Assembly: GCA_902794395.1 (NCBI GenBank)
Contig: CADBHB010000001.1
Location: 91,289-155,288 of the forward strand
From: an uncultured Ruminococcus sp.
GTDB taxonomy: Bacteria > Bacillota > Clostridia > Oscillospirales > Acutalibacteraceae
DNA: 64,000 nt
Direction: 5' to 3'
The position numbers were made by a program, and so were the translations under genes. Numbering within the stretch: position 1 is the first letter of the stretch; the number at the start of each line of letters is the position of its first letter. Positions 46,901-56,485 of this stretch are shown one piece after another. The notes beneath the pieces are model-generated. The model saw only the letters and a list, made by a program, of their open reading frames with translations. It did no database searches and was not told the DNA's origin.

Positions 46901-48285
46901 CCGAGCAGCTTTTCGGTAAAAACAACGTATTCAAGGCGGGCACCATCTCTACGGTAGCCGAAAAGACCGCCATAGGCTTCGCCAAGAAATATCTTGAGGA
47001 GCGCGGGCTTTCCGCCAACAAGGCTGAGATAAAGCGCCTTGCCAAGGGCTGCACGGGAGTAAAGCGCACCACGGGTCAGCACCCGGGCGGCATGGTTGTA
47101 GTGCCGCGCACCAACGAGGTGTACGACTTCTGTCCGGTGCAGCATCCCGCCAACGATATGAAGTCGGACAACATTACCACGCACTTCGACTTCCATTCCA
47201 TCCACGACACCATTACCAAGCTCGACGAGCTCGGACACGATGTTCCCACCATCTACCACTATCTTGAGGAGTTCACGGGCATACCCGTTATGAAGGTATC
47301 CATGAGCGACCCCGAGGTAATGTCGCTGTTCACCTCCACCGAGGCGCTCGGCGTCAAGCCCGAGGACATCGACTCGCAGACGGGCACCTTCAGCATCCCC
47401 GAGTGCGGCACAAGCTTTGTGCGCGGCATGCTGCTTGAGGCAAAGCCCAAAACCTTTACCGACCTTTTGCAGATTTCGGGACTGTCACACGGCACCGACG
47501 TTTGGCTGGGCAACGCGCAGGAGCTTATCCACAACGGCACCTGCACTATCTCGGAGGTCATAGGTACCCGTGACTCGATAATGACCTACCTGATGCACAA
47601 GGGGCTTGAGGACTCAATGGCGTTCAAGATCATGGAAATAGTCCGTAAGGGCAACGCCACCAAGCTGCTCACCGAGGAGCACTTCAAGGCGATGCGCGAG
47701 CACAACGTGCCTGAGTGGTACATCGACTCTTGCATGAAGATAAAGTATATGTTCCCCAAGGCGCACGCCGCCGCCTATATGATAGCGGCGCTGCGGCTGG
47801 GTTGGTATAAGGTACACAGACCCACGGAATATTACGCGGCGTACTTTACGGTGCGCAGCGAGAATATCGACGGCGCGCTGCTTATGCAGGGTCACAGCGC
47901 GGTAAAAACGCGGATGAACCAGATAAAGCAGATGCAGAACGCGCACACCGCTTCCGACAAGGACGAAAAGGACTTTGCGTCGCTGCAGATCGTAAATGAG
48001 ATGATGGCGCGCGGCGTTGAGGTTTTGCCCGTTGATATTTACAAGTCGGAGGCAAAAATGTTCGCGGTGGAGGACGGAAAAATCCGCCTGCCGTTCTCGT
48101 CACTGCCCGGAGTGGGCGACGCCGCGGCGGTATCGCTTGCCGAGCAGGGCAAGCTCAATAAGGAGTATCTGTCTATCGAGGACATCCAAAGCAAAACCAA
48201 GGTGACAAAGGCGGTCATAGAAACGCTGGCGTCGGTCGGCGTGCTGGCGGGCATACCCGAAAGCTCGCAGATGTCTTTGTTTTAA
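43921..48285 (+). CDS. polC: DNA polymerase III alpha, Gram-positive type
   Basis: OB fold, PHP (ELHLHT), inserted 3'-5' exonuclease (FDIETTG), GSRGSVGSS, Zn finger, KVPDIDLNFSG, RTTGQHPGG. Confidence 0.98.
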   Translation: MKTIAEIFGSFRESAGIPRAIADGVVTKVNIINDARVVMMWADFACLIEREALLEAEKLFSKALDASVCIKPHFGAALFSADCFPQLYAAVKREMPSINGTLNNAEVRLDGDTLTIHLHNGGKALLDAKGFDQALVRLIAEEFDREIKIRYTGTFEVTGGSEEYQQAISSAQTQIKRERLKKAVQFFQEEEAADAEREQHAEEKATEVEIREGGFETPQILRSSVRPLFGRSIRGKMEPIKNLSDGKKGAVVWGDVIELEKRITKNNKNAIITIDITDYTGSITAKVFCGVKEAEALDGLKSGKTIVVSGNVEYDEFLKEVVLSAFSIGTAEKLKVVDKAEEKRVELHLHTNMSQMDALTPAGTLVKRAYEWGHKAIAITDHGVAQAFPDAMKAAEEIRYKLGGDIKVLYGVEAYFMDDLVESVSGEQDSPLDGTFICFDIETTGLSPLRDKITEIGAVKVVNGEITETFSTFADPEMPIPAKITQLTGITDEMVKGAPSQRDAVTAFLEFAGDDVLVAHNAPFDTSFIRRACENMGRDYNYTSVDTVAISRAILPDIKNVKLDTVAAYLRLGSFNHHRATDDAEMLAKIFISLCSRLGDDFGIFSVKDINTKIAGGDFKKLPTYHQIIIAKDQTGLKNLYKLISKSHLETFYKKPRIAKSDLVKHREGLIIGSACCEGQLYKAILSGKPWGELKQIASFYDYLEIQPSGNNAFLIRNGTFRTVDELREIDRTIIKLGKELGKPVCATCDVHFMDPSDSEYRKILQAALKFKDADQQAPLFFRTTAEMLREFEWLGSEKAYEVVVKNTNLIADMCEDIRPIPKGTFPPFIEGAQEQLVSITWERAKKKYGDPLPEIVKARLEKELNSITTYGFSVLYMTAQKLVADSEAHGYLVGSRGSVGSSFVATMSGISEVNPLCPHYVCPKCKHSEFITDGSYGSGFDLPPKDCPECGTHMDQDGHEIPFETFLGFKGDKVPDIDLNFSGEYQSKSHRYTEQLFGKNNVFKAGTISTVAEKTAIGFAKKYLEERGLSANKAEIKRLAKGCTGVKRTTGQHPGGMVVVPRTNEVYDFCPVQHPANDMKSDNITTHFDFHSIHDTITKLDELGHDVPTIYHYLEEFTGIPVMKVSMSDPEVMSLFTSTEALGVKPEDIDSQTGTFSIPECGTSFVRGMLLEAKPKTFTDLLQISGLSHGTDVWLGNAQELIHNGTCTISEVIGTRDSIMTYLMHKGLEDSMAFKIMEIVRKGNATKLLTEEHFKAMREHNVPEWYIDSCMKIKYMFPKAHAAAYMIAALRLGWYKVHRPTEYYAAYFTVRSENIDGALLMQGHSAVKTRMNQIKQMQNAHTASDKDEKDFASLQIVNEMMARGVEVLPVDIYKSEAKMFAVEDGKIRLPFSSLPGVGDAAAVSLAEQGKLNKEYLSIEDIQSKTKVTKAVIETLASVGVLAGIPESSQMSLF

Positions 48286-48393
48286 AAAGCGCTGACAGAT
48301 AGTATACCCTTATCCGGCATTACTTGCGCCGTGGCTGCCACGGAAATAATCTGCGCCCCCGACAGGGCTTCGGGCGCTTTAGGAGTGATTCGC

Positions 48394-49767
48394 TTGAAAA
48401 AACTGTTGTCGATGAGAAATGTGCTTATCGCTATCGCCTTTACGGTGTTTTTGCTGTATTTAAAGGACAACCTGGGTTCGATATGGGGCTTTTTTAAAGC
48501 GGTTTCCAATGTTTTGACGCCGTTTTTCATCGGCTTTTTGATCGCCTATATCCTTAACTTCCCCTATAAGTTCCTGTGCACCAAGGTGTTCGGCAGAATG
48601 GGGCAGAAGCACAAGGCGTTAAAGCGGCTCAAAAAACCGCTGGCGCTCATAATAACCTACTTGTTGACCTTTGCGATAATCGCCGCTTTGATCGTGGTGC
48701 TGATACCGCAGATCATCAACAACCTGACCAACATCGTCAAGGACTTCCCGTCCTACTACAAGACGGTGGAAACGGAAATACAAAACCAGGCTGACCGCAT
48801 AGCGGAGATGAACCTGCCCTTCATCAAGCATTTTTCTAAAGAAGAAATATTCCAGAACCTCACCAAGTTCTTCACCGGCAGCGAGGGCGCCACTAAGGCT
48901 ATCCTCAACTGGCTGCAAACCTTTATGGCAAGCTTTGCCAAGGGCGCCTACAACTTCCTTATGGGTGTTATCATCTCGGTGTATTTCCTGATATACAAGG
49001 AGCAGCTCTGCCGTCAGGTCAAGAAGGTCGCGGTGGCGTTCATCCCCATCAAATATCTGCCCAAGCTTTACGAGATAGTAGACATCACCGACACCAAGTG
49101 CGGCCGCTTTTTGGTGGGCGACATCATCGACTCCGCGGTGGTTGGCGTGCTGTTCTTTATGACGTTGTCTATCGCGCAGTTCCCGTATGCGTCACTTATC
49201 GCGGTCATCTGCGGCGTCACCAACATCATCCCGTTTTTCGGTCCCTTCATCGGCGCAATACCCAGCGGCTTCATCCTGCTGATGGTAGACCCGTGGCTGG
49301 CGTTCTGGTTTGTTATCATCGTAATAGTTATACAACAGATAGACGGCAACGTGCTCAAGCCCAACATAATCGGCAACCAGGTCGGCGTGTCGGGCTTTTG
49401 GGTGCTGTTCAGCGTAATAGTCGGCGGCGCGATGTTCGGGGTCATCGGCTTTGTGCTGGGCACGCCTATCTTCGCGGTCATCTATTCGCTGGTGGCTAAA
49501 AAGGCGCGTAACAAGGTAGAGGAAAAAGGAAAAATAGCCCGTGAGGCTCTCGACTTTAAGGTGCTCAATTACGCCGAGATTGCCGAGGAGCAGCGCAAAA
49601 TACGCGCGGAAAAGGAGCAGGAGCAGCGGAAAAAGCTGCAAAAGCTGCTGCATTTGGGCAAGGAAGAGCACGACGAGGACGACGACGGCGAGGATAACGA
49701 CGGCGACGCGGATAACGATAACGCGGAAGAGAAGTTCGCCGATAAGGTGCATGAAAACAAAAGCTGA
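48394..49767 (+). CDS. AI-2E family transporter with acidic C-terminal tail
   Basis: NIIPFFGPFIGAIP, QQIDGNVLKPNIIG; start inferred (TTG behind AGGAG). Confidence 0.9.
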   Translation: MKKLLSMRNVLIAIAFTVFLLYLKDNLGSIWGFFKAVSNVLTPFFIGFLIAYILNFPYKFLCTKVFGRMGQKHKALKRLKKPLALIITYLLTFAIIAALIVVLIPQIINNLTNIVKDFPSYYKTVETEIQNQADRIAEMNLPFIKHFSKEEIFQNLTKFFTGSEGATKAILNWLQTFMASFAKGAYNFLMGVIISVYFLIYKEQLCRQVKKVAVAFIPIKYLPKLYEIVDITDTKCGRFLVGDIIDSAVVGVLFFMTLSIAQFPYASLIAVICGVTNIIPFFGPFIGAIPSGFILLMVDPWLAFWFVIIVIVIQQIDGNVLKPNIIGNQVGVSGFWVLFSVIVGGAMFGVIGFVLGTPIFAVIYSLVAKKARNKVEEKGKIAREALDFKVLNYAEIAEEQRKIRAEKEQEQRKKLQKLLHLGKEEHDEDDDGEDNDGDADNDNAEEKFADKVHENKS

Positions 49768-49800
49768 GCGCCTTGCTAAAAGCCTGCGCTGACCCGAGGC

Positions 49801-49829
49801 TTGACAAAAGCGATTTATTGTGGTAATAT
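49801..49829 (+). promoter_or_regulatory. his operon promoter
   Basis: TTGACA-17 bp-TAATAT with TG extension. Confidence 0.75.
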
Positions 49830-49834
49830 ATTAG

Positions 49835-49854
49835 CACATTAGCAGACTAAAGTG
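49835..49854. promoter_or_regulatory. Putative HisR operator
   Basis: CACATTAGCAGACTAAAGTG, near-palindrome resembling the Firmicute HisR motif YACTTTA-N6-TAAAGTR (1 mismatch), located at the expected start site. Confidence 0.6.
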
Positions 49855-49868
49855 TTTTGAGAGGTAAT

Positions 49869-51041
49869 ATGAAGAGATATTTGAAGATGACACCCGAGGG
49901 CATGAAGGATTTTCTGTTTGCCGAGTGTTCGGCGATGGATGATATTTGCGGCAGAATAGAAAAAGTGTTCCGCTGCCGCGGCTTCAAAAAGGTCATCACC
50001 CCGGGTATTGAGTTTTACGATGTGTTTTCGCTGCCGTGCAGCGGCATCTCGCAGGAGGAGATGTTCAAGCTAAGCGACAACAAGGGCAGACTTATGGTGG
50101 TGCGTCCCGACTCCACCCTGCCTATCGCGCGGATGGTTTCCACCCGCCTGCAAAACAACGTTATGCCCGTGCGGCTTTATTACAAGCAGGCGGTGTACCG
50201 CAGCAATCCCACCCTTACCGGCAGACGCAACGAAATGATGCAGATGGGCGTGGAGCTGCTGGGCGTGCGCGGTGTGCGCGCCGATCTGGAGATAATAACC
50301 ACCGCCGTGCAGTCGCTTAAGGCAGTAGCGGACGATTTCCGCGTAGAGCTGGGTCACGCCGAGGTGTTTGACGCGCTTTCGGCGGAGCTCGATATAAATG
50401 ATTCTTTAAAAGAAAAAATCAGACTCACCATAGAGGGCAAAAACTACTCCGCCCTCAACAATCTTCTCGATAAGCTTGAGCCGTGCCGCGCGGTTTCCGC
50501 TATAAAGAGCCTGCCCTCGCTGTTCGGCGGCGAAGAGATGTTTGAAAAGGCTTATGAGATATGCCGCGGCACCGAGGCTGTGCAGGCGCTCGACTACCTG
50601 CACCTTGTTTACACCAGCCTTGCTGAGCTGGGACTGGGCGACAAGCTCATAATCGACCTCGGTCTGGTGCAGAGAAACGACTATTACACGGGCATAGTGT
50701 TCACGGGCTATGTCAACGGCATCGGAGACGCGGTGCTGTCGGGCGGCAGATACGACTCGCTGCTCGAGGAATTCGATATGCCCATGGGTGCCGCGGGCTT
50801 TGCCATCGACACCGACGCGGTCACGCTTAAATCCCTTTCCGACGGCGCTGTCAGCTATGCCGACAATCCCGAGGTGCTGGTGTATGCCCGCGACGGCTGT
50901 GAGATGGAGGCGATAGCCTATGTGGCGCGCCTCAACAGTCAGGGTAAAAAGGCGCAGTTCAGCGTGCTTGAAACGCTGGAGGAGACCCGCCGCTTTGCCG
51001 ATAGGCGCGGCATTGAAACTGTAGTTATCGTAGGAGAATAG
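49869..51041 (+). CDS. hisZ: ATP phosphoribosyltransferase regulatory subunit
   Basis: HisRS-like: TPEGMKD, VRPDSTLPIAR, YYTGIVF, SGGRYD; precedes short hisG. Confidence 0.95.
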   Translation: MKRYLKMTPEGMKDFLFAECSAMDDICGRIEKVFRCRGFKKVITPGIEFYDVFSLPCSGISQEEMFKLSDNKGRLMVVRPDSTLPIARMVSTRLQNNVMPVRLYYKQAVYRSNPTLTGRRNEMMQMGVELLGVRGVRADLEIITTAVQSLKAVADDFRVELGHAEVFDALSAELDINDSLKEKIRLTIEGKNYSALNNLLDKLEPCRAVSAIKSLPSLFGGEEMFEKAYEICRGTEAVQALDYLHLVYTSLAELGLGDKLIIDLGLVQRNDYYTGIVFTGYVNGIGDAVLSGGRYDSLLEEFDMPMGAAGFAIDTDAVTLKSLSDGAVSYADNPEVLVYARDGCEMEAIAYVARLNSQGKKAQFSVLETLEETRRFADRRGIETVVIVGE

Positions 51042-51683
51042 ATGATAAAGGATATGAGACCATTGAGGATAGCCCTTACAAAGGGCAGACTGGAAAAAAC
51101 GACAATAGAGCTGCTTGAAAAGATAGGCTACAACTGCGACGAGGTGCGCAACAAGGGCAGAAGGCTCATTCTGCCCGTGGGCGACAACGACTTTGAGGTA
51201 GTGCTCGCCAAGGCGGCGGACGTAATCACCTATGTGGAGCACGGCGTCTGCGATCTGGGCGTGGTTGGTAAGGATACCATCCTCGAGCACGGCAGCTCCT
51301 TTTACGAGCTGCTCGACCTGGGCTTCGGCAAGTGCCGCTTTGCCCTCGCCACAAAAAAGGACAGCGACTTTTACGGCGGCTATAATACAAAAACCATCGC
51401 CACCAAATACCCCAATGTTACGCGGGCGTTTTTTGACGACAAAAACATGGACGTGCGCATAATCAAGATAGAGGGAAGCGTAGAGCTCGCGCCGCTGGTG
51501 GGGCTCTCCGACGGTATCGTGGACATCGTTGAAACCGGCTCTACTCTTAAGGCTAACGGTTTGGAGGTCATTGAGTGGGTTACGGATATTTCCGCAAGGC
51601 TCATCGCCAACACCGCCGGGCTCAAGCTGAGAAAGCAGGAGATAGAAGCGCTGCAAAAGAAACTGGAGGAAGTGACGAAATGA
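51042..51683 (+). CDS. hisG: ATP phosphoribosyltransferase (short form)
   Basis: IALTKGRL, IATKYP, GSVELAP, DIVETGSTLKANGL. Confidence 0.97.
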   Translation: MIKDMRPLRIALTKGRLEKTTIELLEKIGYNCDEVRNKGRRLILPVGDNDFEVVLAKAADVITYVEHGVCDLGVVGKDTILEHGSSFYELLDLGFGKCRFALATKKDSDFYGGYNTKTIATKYPNVTRAFFDDKNMDVRIIKIEGSVELAPLVGLSDGIVDIVETGSTLKANGLEVIEWVTDISARLIANTAGLKLRKQEIEALQKKLEEVTK

Positions 51684-52969
51684 TAACGACGGTAATTGCC
51701 GACGGCAAGAAGGAATATGAATTTATAGATTATCTGAAAAAGAGGGCGCAAAGCTCCGACAAAAACGTTATCCCCGTGGTGTCCGACATTCTGGAGAACG
51801 TCAGGGAGAACGGCGACGCGGCGGTGCGCGAGTACACCGTTAAGTTCGACGGCAAGGCGCCCGAGCGCGCCGAGATCGACTCGGAGCAAATAGACAGCAT
51901 CATCGCGAAGTGCGATGAAAAATACATCGAGACCGTAAAGAAGGCGGCGGCAAACATCGCCGACTTCCACCAAAGACAGGTTCAGCAGAGCTGGCTTACA
52001 ACAAAGCCCAACGGCGTTATGATGGGTCAGCGCGTGCGCGGTCTTAAGCGCGTGGGACTGTATGTGCCCGGCGGCACGGCGGCTTATCCGTCGTCGGTGC
52101 TTATGAACGCCATACCCGCCAAAATAGCGGGTGTGCAGGAGCTGGTCATGTGCACGCCCCCGCAGAAGGACGGCACCCCCAATCCCGATATTATCGCCGC
52201 GGCTAAGATAGCGGGCGTAGACCGCATCTTTTTGATGGGCGGAGCGCAGGCGGTAGCCGCCATGGCTTACGGCACCGAGACCGTGCCCAAGGTGGATAAA
52301 ATAGTCGGTCCCGGCAACATCTTCGTGGCTACGGCTAAAAAGCTGCTCTACGGCACGGTGGACATCGACATGATAGCGGGTCCGAGCGAGATACTGATAG
52401 TGGCGGACAAGACCGCTGATCCCAAGTTCCTCGCCGCCGACCTTATGAGTCAGGCGGAGCACGACAGGCTCGCCTCCGCAATACTGCTTACCGATTCCGC
52501 CGAGCTGGCGGCTCAGACAGAGGCAGAGCTAGCTCGTCAGGTGCAGTCGCTCTCCAGAAAAGAGATCATCGAGGAGTCCCTTAGGAATTTCGGCGCTATC
52601 ATCGTTTGCAGCGACATCGCGCAGGTTATAAACTTTGCCAATGAGCTTGCGCCCGAGCACCTCGAGGTCTGCTGCGCCGACCCGATGGAGTACGTGGGCA
52701 AGCTTGACAACGCCGGCTCGGTGTTTCTGGGCAACTACAGCCCTGAGCCGCTCGGCGACTACTTCGCGGGACCCAACCACGTGCTGCCTACCAGCGGCAC
52801 CGCGCGGTTCTTCTCGCCGCTGTCTGTAGACAGCTTTGTCAAGAAGTCCAGCTTCATCTACTACACCGAGGACGCGCTGCGCGCCGACTCGGCGGATGTG
52901 GTGCGCTTTGCCGAAACCGAGGGCTTGACCGCTCACGCTAATTCCATCAAGGTCAGATTCGAGGATTGA
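51680..52969 (+). CDS. hisD: Histidinol dehydrogenase
   Basis: GLYVPGGTAAYPSS, GPGNIFV, IDMIAGPSE, SQAEHD, APEHLE, GPNHVLPT. Confidence 0.98.
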   Translation: MITTVIADGKKEYEFIDYLKKRAQSSDKNVIPVVSDILENVRENGDAAVREYTVKFDGKAPERAEIDSEQIDSIIAKCDEKYIETVKKAAANIADFHQRQVQQSWLTTKPNGVMMGQRVRGLKRVGLYVPGGTAAYPSSVLMNAIPAKIAGVQELVMCTPPQKDGTPNPDIIAAAKIAGVDRIFLMGGAQAVAAMAYGTETVPKVDKIVGPGNIFVATAKKLLYGTVDIDMIAGPSEILIVADKTADPKFLAADLMSQAEHDRLASAILLTDSAELAAQTEAELARQVQSLSRKEIIEESLRNFGAIIVCSDIAQVINFANELAPEHLEVCCADPMEYVGKLDNAGSVFLGNYSPEPLGDYFAGPNHVLPTSGTARFFSPLSVDSFVKKSSFIYYTEDALRADSADVVRFAETEGLTAHANSIKVRFED

Positions 52970-53016
52970 CGCGGCAAATTTTGCCCCTATTATATGGATA
53001 ACACGGAGTAAATCAA

Positions 53017-54072
53017 ATGTACGTACTGAACGATAAAATAAAAAACCTTGTGCCGTACGAGCCTATCAGCGGCACCTACGATATACGTCTGGACGCCAAC
53101 GAGTGTCCCGACAACCTGCCCGACGACATCCGCGCTCAGCTTAAGGCGAGGCTGGATGACATAAGCTTCAACCGCTATCCCGACCCGCTGGCAAGCCGCC
53201 TGGTCGCTTCCTTTGCGGACTATTACGGCATAGACCCCGCCTTTGTCACCGCGGGCAACGGCTCTGACGAGCTGATCTTCCTTATAGAGTCCGCCTTTTT
53301 GCAGAAGGGCGACAAAATGCTGGTGGTCGCTCCGGATTTCTCGATGTACAACTTCTATTCCTCCATCTGCGAGGTCGAGTGCGACACCTTTTTAAAGGGA
53401 GAGGACCTTGAAATAGACGTGGACGCGCTCATCGAGAAGATAAACCGCGACGACGTGAAGCTGGTGCTGTTTTCAAATCCCTGCAACCCCACCGGCAAGG
53501 GCATTACCCGCGAGGAGGCAGTAAAGCTGGTCACCTCGGTAAAGGCGCTGGTCATCCTGGACGAGGCGTACATGGACTTTTGGACCGAGAGCCTGCTCGA
53601 CAAGATCGGCATCTATTCCAACCTCATCATCTTCCGCACCGCCTCCAAGCTGGTCGGCTCCGCGGCGCTGCGCCTGGGCTTCGCGGTGGCGGACAAGACC
53701 GTGGCGCGCGCCATTCAAGCGGTAAAATCCCCCTACAACGTCAACAGCGTTTCGCAGGCGTTCGGAGAAATAATTTACCGCAATAAAGATTATTTGCAAA
53801 AAAGACAAAAAACGATTGTCAGAAACAAAGAAATACTGTATAATGGACTTATGGAGATCGCGGAAGCGCGCGAGGGCTTTGAGCCTTTCAGCAGCGTTGC
53901 CAACTTTGTCTTTGTAAAAACCGACGAAGCCAAGGATATTTGGACTTTTTTGAAGGACAGATCAATAGTTGTGCGGCTGATGGGCGCGTATCTGCGCATC
54001 ACTGCCGGTACCGAGCGCGAGGTGAGCGCGGTGCTGGCGGCGCTTAAGGAATATTTTGAGGTGAACGCATGA
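53017..54072 (+). CDS. hisC: Histidinol-phosphate aminotransferase
   Basis: LDANE, NRYPDP, GNGSDELI, NPCNPTG, DEAY, RTASK, LRLG. Confidence 0.95.
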   Translation: MYVLNDKIKNLVPYEPISGTYDIRLDANECPDNLPDDIRAQLKARLDDISFNRYPDPLASRLVASFADYYGIDPAFVTAGNGSDELIFLIESAFLQKGDKMLVVAPDFSMYNFYSSICEVECDTFLKGEDLEIDVDALIEKINRDDVKLVLFSNPCNPTGKGITREEAVKLVTSVKALVILDEAYMDFWTESLLDKIGIYSNLIIFRTASKLVGSAALRLGFAVADKTVARAIQAVKSPYNVNSVSQAFGEIIYRNKDYLQKRQKTIVRNKEILYNGLMEIAEAREGFEPFSSVANFVFVKTDEAKDIWTFLKDRSIVVRLMGAYLRITAGTEREVSAVLAALKEYFEVNA

Positions 54073-54647
54073 GAGAGGCTTTCATTGAACGCAGGACAAA
54101 AGAGACCGACATAAGGCTTACACTTGACCTGGACGGGGGAGAGGTAAGCGTAGACACGGGCGTCGGCTTCTTTGACCATATGCTCAACTCCTTTGCCACG
54201 CACGGCGGCTTTGGGCTGAAGCTGAGCGTCAAGGGCGACTTGCAGGTCGACGAGCACCACACCGTTGAGGACACGGGCATAGTGCTGGGTCAGGCTTTTG
54301 CCGAGGCTCTGGGCGACAAAAGCTCAATAGACCGCTTCGGCAGCTTTTATGTGCCGATGGACGAGGCTCTCGCCTTTGCGGCGGTCGACGTCAGCGGCAG
54401 ACCGTTTTTGGTGTTTGACGCCGCGTTCCCGCAGGAGCGCTGCGGCGGCTACGACTGCGCCATGACCGTTGAATTTATGCGCGCGCTGGCGTTCAACGCG
54501 GGCATCACCCTGCATTTAAAGGCTCTTTACGGCGACAATTCCCATCACATCACCGAGGCGCTCTACAAGGCGGCGGCGCACGCGCTGCGGCTGGCGGTGC
54601 GCCGAAACGACAGCGGCAAACCTCTTTCTACAAAGGGAGTGTTATAA
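54069..54647 (+). CDS. hisB: Imidazoleglycerol-phosphate dehydratase
   Basis: RRTKETDI, FFDHML, DEHHTVED, NSHHITEA. Confidence 0.97.
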   Translation: MREAFIERRTKETDIRLTLDLDGGEVSVDTGVGFFDHMLNSFATHGGFGLKLSVKGDLQVDEHHTVEDTGIVLGQAFAEALGDKSSIDRFGSFYVPMDEALAFAAVDVSGRPFLVFDAAFPQERCGGYDCAMTVEFMRALAFNAGITLHLKALYGDNSHHITEALYKAAAHALRLAVRRNDSGKPLSTKGVL

Positions 54648-55366
54648 TGATAATCTTACCCGCAATTGACATAAAGGACGGCAACTGCGTCCGCCTGCAA
54701 AAGGGTGTGTACGAGACCGCGCAAAAGGTAGCTCAGTCGCCGTATATCGCCGCGCAGAGCTTTGCCGAAGCGGGCGCGGAATGGATGCACATGGTCGATC
54801 TGGACGGCGCCAAGGACGCAAAGCTGATAAACGCCGACCTTATTGCCGACGTGGCAAAAAGCTCCGGACTCAAGGTAGAGGTAGGCGGCGGCATCCGCAA
54901 CATGGGGGCTGTTGAGTACTATCTCAGCCGCGGCATCGACAGAGTCATTCTCGGCTCGGCGGCGGTCAAGGATCCTCAGCTCGTACGCGACGCGGTCAAG
55001 GCGTTCGGCGACAAGATCATCGTCGGCATCGACGCCAAGGAAGGCATGGTGCAGGCGGAGGGCTGGCTGGACAACAGCGAGATCAACTACATCGAGCTTG
55101 CCAAGCGTATGGAGGATGTGGGCGTGCGCACCATAGTGTTCACCGACATCGACCAGGACGGTATGCTCTCCGGTCCCAACCTCAAGCAGCTCGACGACCT
55201 CGCCCATGAGGTAAGCTGCGACATAATCGCCAGCGGCGGCGTAGCGGTGCTTAAGGATATAATCAATCTTTCCGATCTGGACGTCTACGGCGCTATCTGC
55301 GGCAAGGCGATCTACAGCGGCACGCTCGATCTGAAACAGGCGATAGAAATGACAAGGAAAATTTAA
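54647..55366 (+). CDS. hisA: ProFAR isomerase
   Basis: [41 protein letters not shown]. Confidence 0.96.
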   Translation: MIILPAIDIKDGNCVRLQKGVYETAQKVAQSPYIAAQSFAEAGAEWMHMVDLDGAKDAKLINADLIADVAKSSGLKVEVGGGIRNMGAVEYYLSRGIDRVILGSAAVKDPQLVRDAVKAFGDKIIVGIDAKEGMVQAEGWLDNSEINYIELAKRMEDVGVRTIVFTDIDQDGMLSGPNLKQLDDLAHEVSCDIIASGGVAVLKDIINLSDLDVYGAICGKAIYSGTLDLKQAIEMTRKI

Positions 55367-55367
55367 A

Positions 55368-55682
55368 ATGGATCTTGATAAATACTTCGTAAAATCCGAT
55401 CTTATTCCTGCCGTGGTGCAGGAGAAGTCTACGGGCGAGGTTTTGATGCTCGCCTATATGAACCGTGAAAGCATGCAAAAAACGCTTGAGACCGGCTACA
55501 CCTGGTTTTGGTCGCGCAGCCGTGGAGAGCTGTGGAACAAGGGCGCTACCTCGGGTCACTATCAAAAGGTGATTGAGGTATTTGCCGACTGCGACGACGA
55601 CACCCTGCTGATAACGGTGGAGCAAACAGGCGCGGCGTGCCACACGGGCAATCACTCATGCTTCTTTAAAAAATTGAAATAG
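55368..55682 (+). CDS. hisI: Phosphoribosyl-AMP cyclohydrolase
   Basis: [39 protein letters not shown]. Confidence 0.96.
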   Translation: MDLDKYFVKSDLIPAVVQEKSTGEVLMLAYMNRESMQKTLETGYTWFWSRSRGELWNKGATSGHYQKVIEVFADCDDDTLLITVEQTGAACHTGNHSCFFKKLK

Positions 55683-55693
55683 GAGGAATCCAT

Positions 55694-56032
55694 ATGGCAG
55701 ATCAAGAAAAATTAGTTCTGACAAACCTTTATAAGACAATTGAGCACAGACGGGACAATCCCATCGAAAACTCCTATACGTGCTATCTTCTTGACAAGGG
55801 CATCGACAAGATACTCAAGAAGGTCGGCGAGGAGTGTGCCGAAACAATCATCGCGGCAAAAAACGGCGATCATGTGGAAACCATCTACGAAATCGCCGAC
55901 CTGCTGTACCATTTGACCGTAATGATGGTAGACCAGGGCATTCCGCTTGAGGAAGTGCTGGCTGAAATAGCCGACCGCAGCAAAAAGACCCAGAACCTCA
56001 AGCCCATGCATGTGGTGGACAAAAACAGCTGA
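55694..56032 (+). CDS. hisE: Phosphoribosyl-ATP pyrophosphatase
   Basis: SYTCYL, KILKKVGEE, EIADLLYH. Confidence 0.95.
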   Translation: MADQEKLVLTNLYKTIEHRRDNPIENSYTCYLLDKGIDKILKKVGEECAETIIAAKNGDHVETIYEIADLLYHLTVMMVDQGIPLEEVLAEIADRSKKTQNLKPMHVVDKNS

Positions 56033-56058
56033 CAACAGCTTATATATTAAAATAAAAA

Positions 56059-56084
56059 AGCCCTATGACCTAGGTCATAGGGCT
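56059..56084. terminator. Terminator between convergent hisE and HPr-like gene
   Basis: 26-bp perfect palindrome AGCCCTATGACCT|AGGTCATAGGGCT with a flanking A-run (U-tail on the minus strand). Confidence 0.8.
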
Positions 56085-56100
56085 GCGTTTCAATATCGGG

Positions 56101-56343
56101 TCAGTGTACCGAAGCGGGCAAAAACCGCGAAATGGCTGATTTGAACTCGTCGTCGGGCTCTTTTTCGAGCAGCAGCTCGATGGGCTTGTTGATGTCAAGC
56201 GAGAACACGCCGATAAGCGAGTGGGCGTCCACGGTGTAGTTGCCCGAACGTATCATCATCATCATATTCGGAAACTGCGCCAGGGTCTCAAAAATATCGA
56301 TCAAACCGTTTTTATTGATTGCGGAAATAGGAAAAGAGAACAT
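56101..56343 (-). CDS. HPr-family protein lacking the His15 motif
   Basis: VDAHSLIGVFSLDI (Ser46-type motif); no GLHARP; GAGGTG RBS. Confidence 0.8.
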   Translation of the reverse strand: MFSFPISAINKNGLIDIFETLAQFPNMMMMIRSGNYTVDAHSLIGVFSLDINKPIELLLEKEPDDEFKSAISRFLPASVH

Positions 56344-56485
56344 TGGTATCACCTCTAAATATGATGAAAGATTTGCTTTGTTACATCGTTGTAACTATAT
56401 TTTAGCATTAATTTATCATTAAATCAAGGCGATAATGCAAAATAAAATAAAATCAATATATTGAACAAAAAGGAAGAACAAGTTT

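Noticed and set aside
56101-56343. HPr lacking His15 as a novelty
   Set aside because: His-less HPr-like proteins of this type are, to my knowledge, common in Clostridia.
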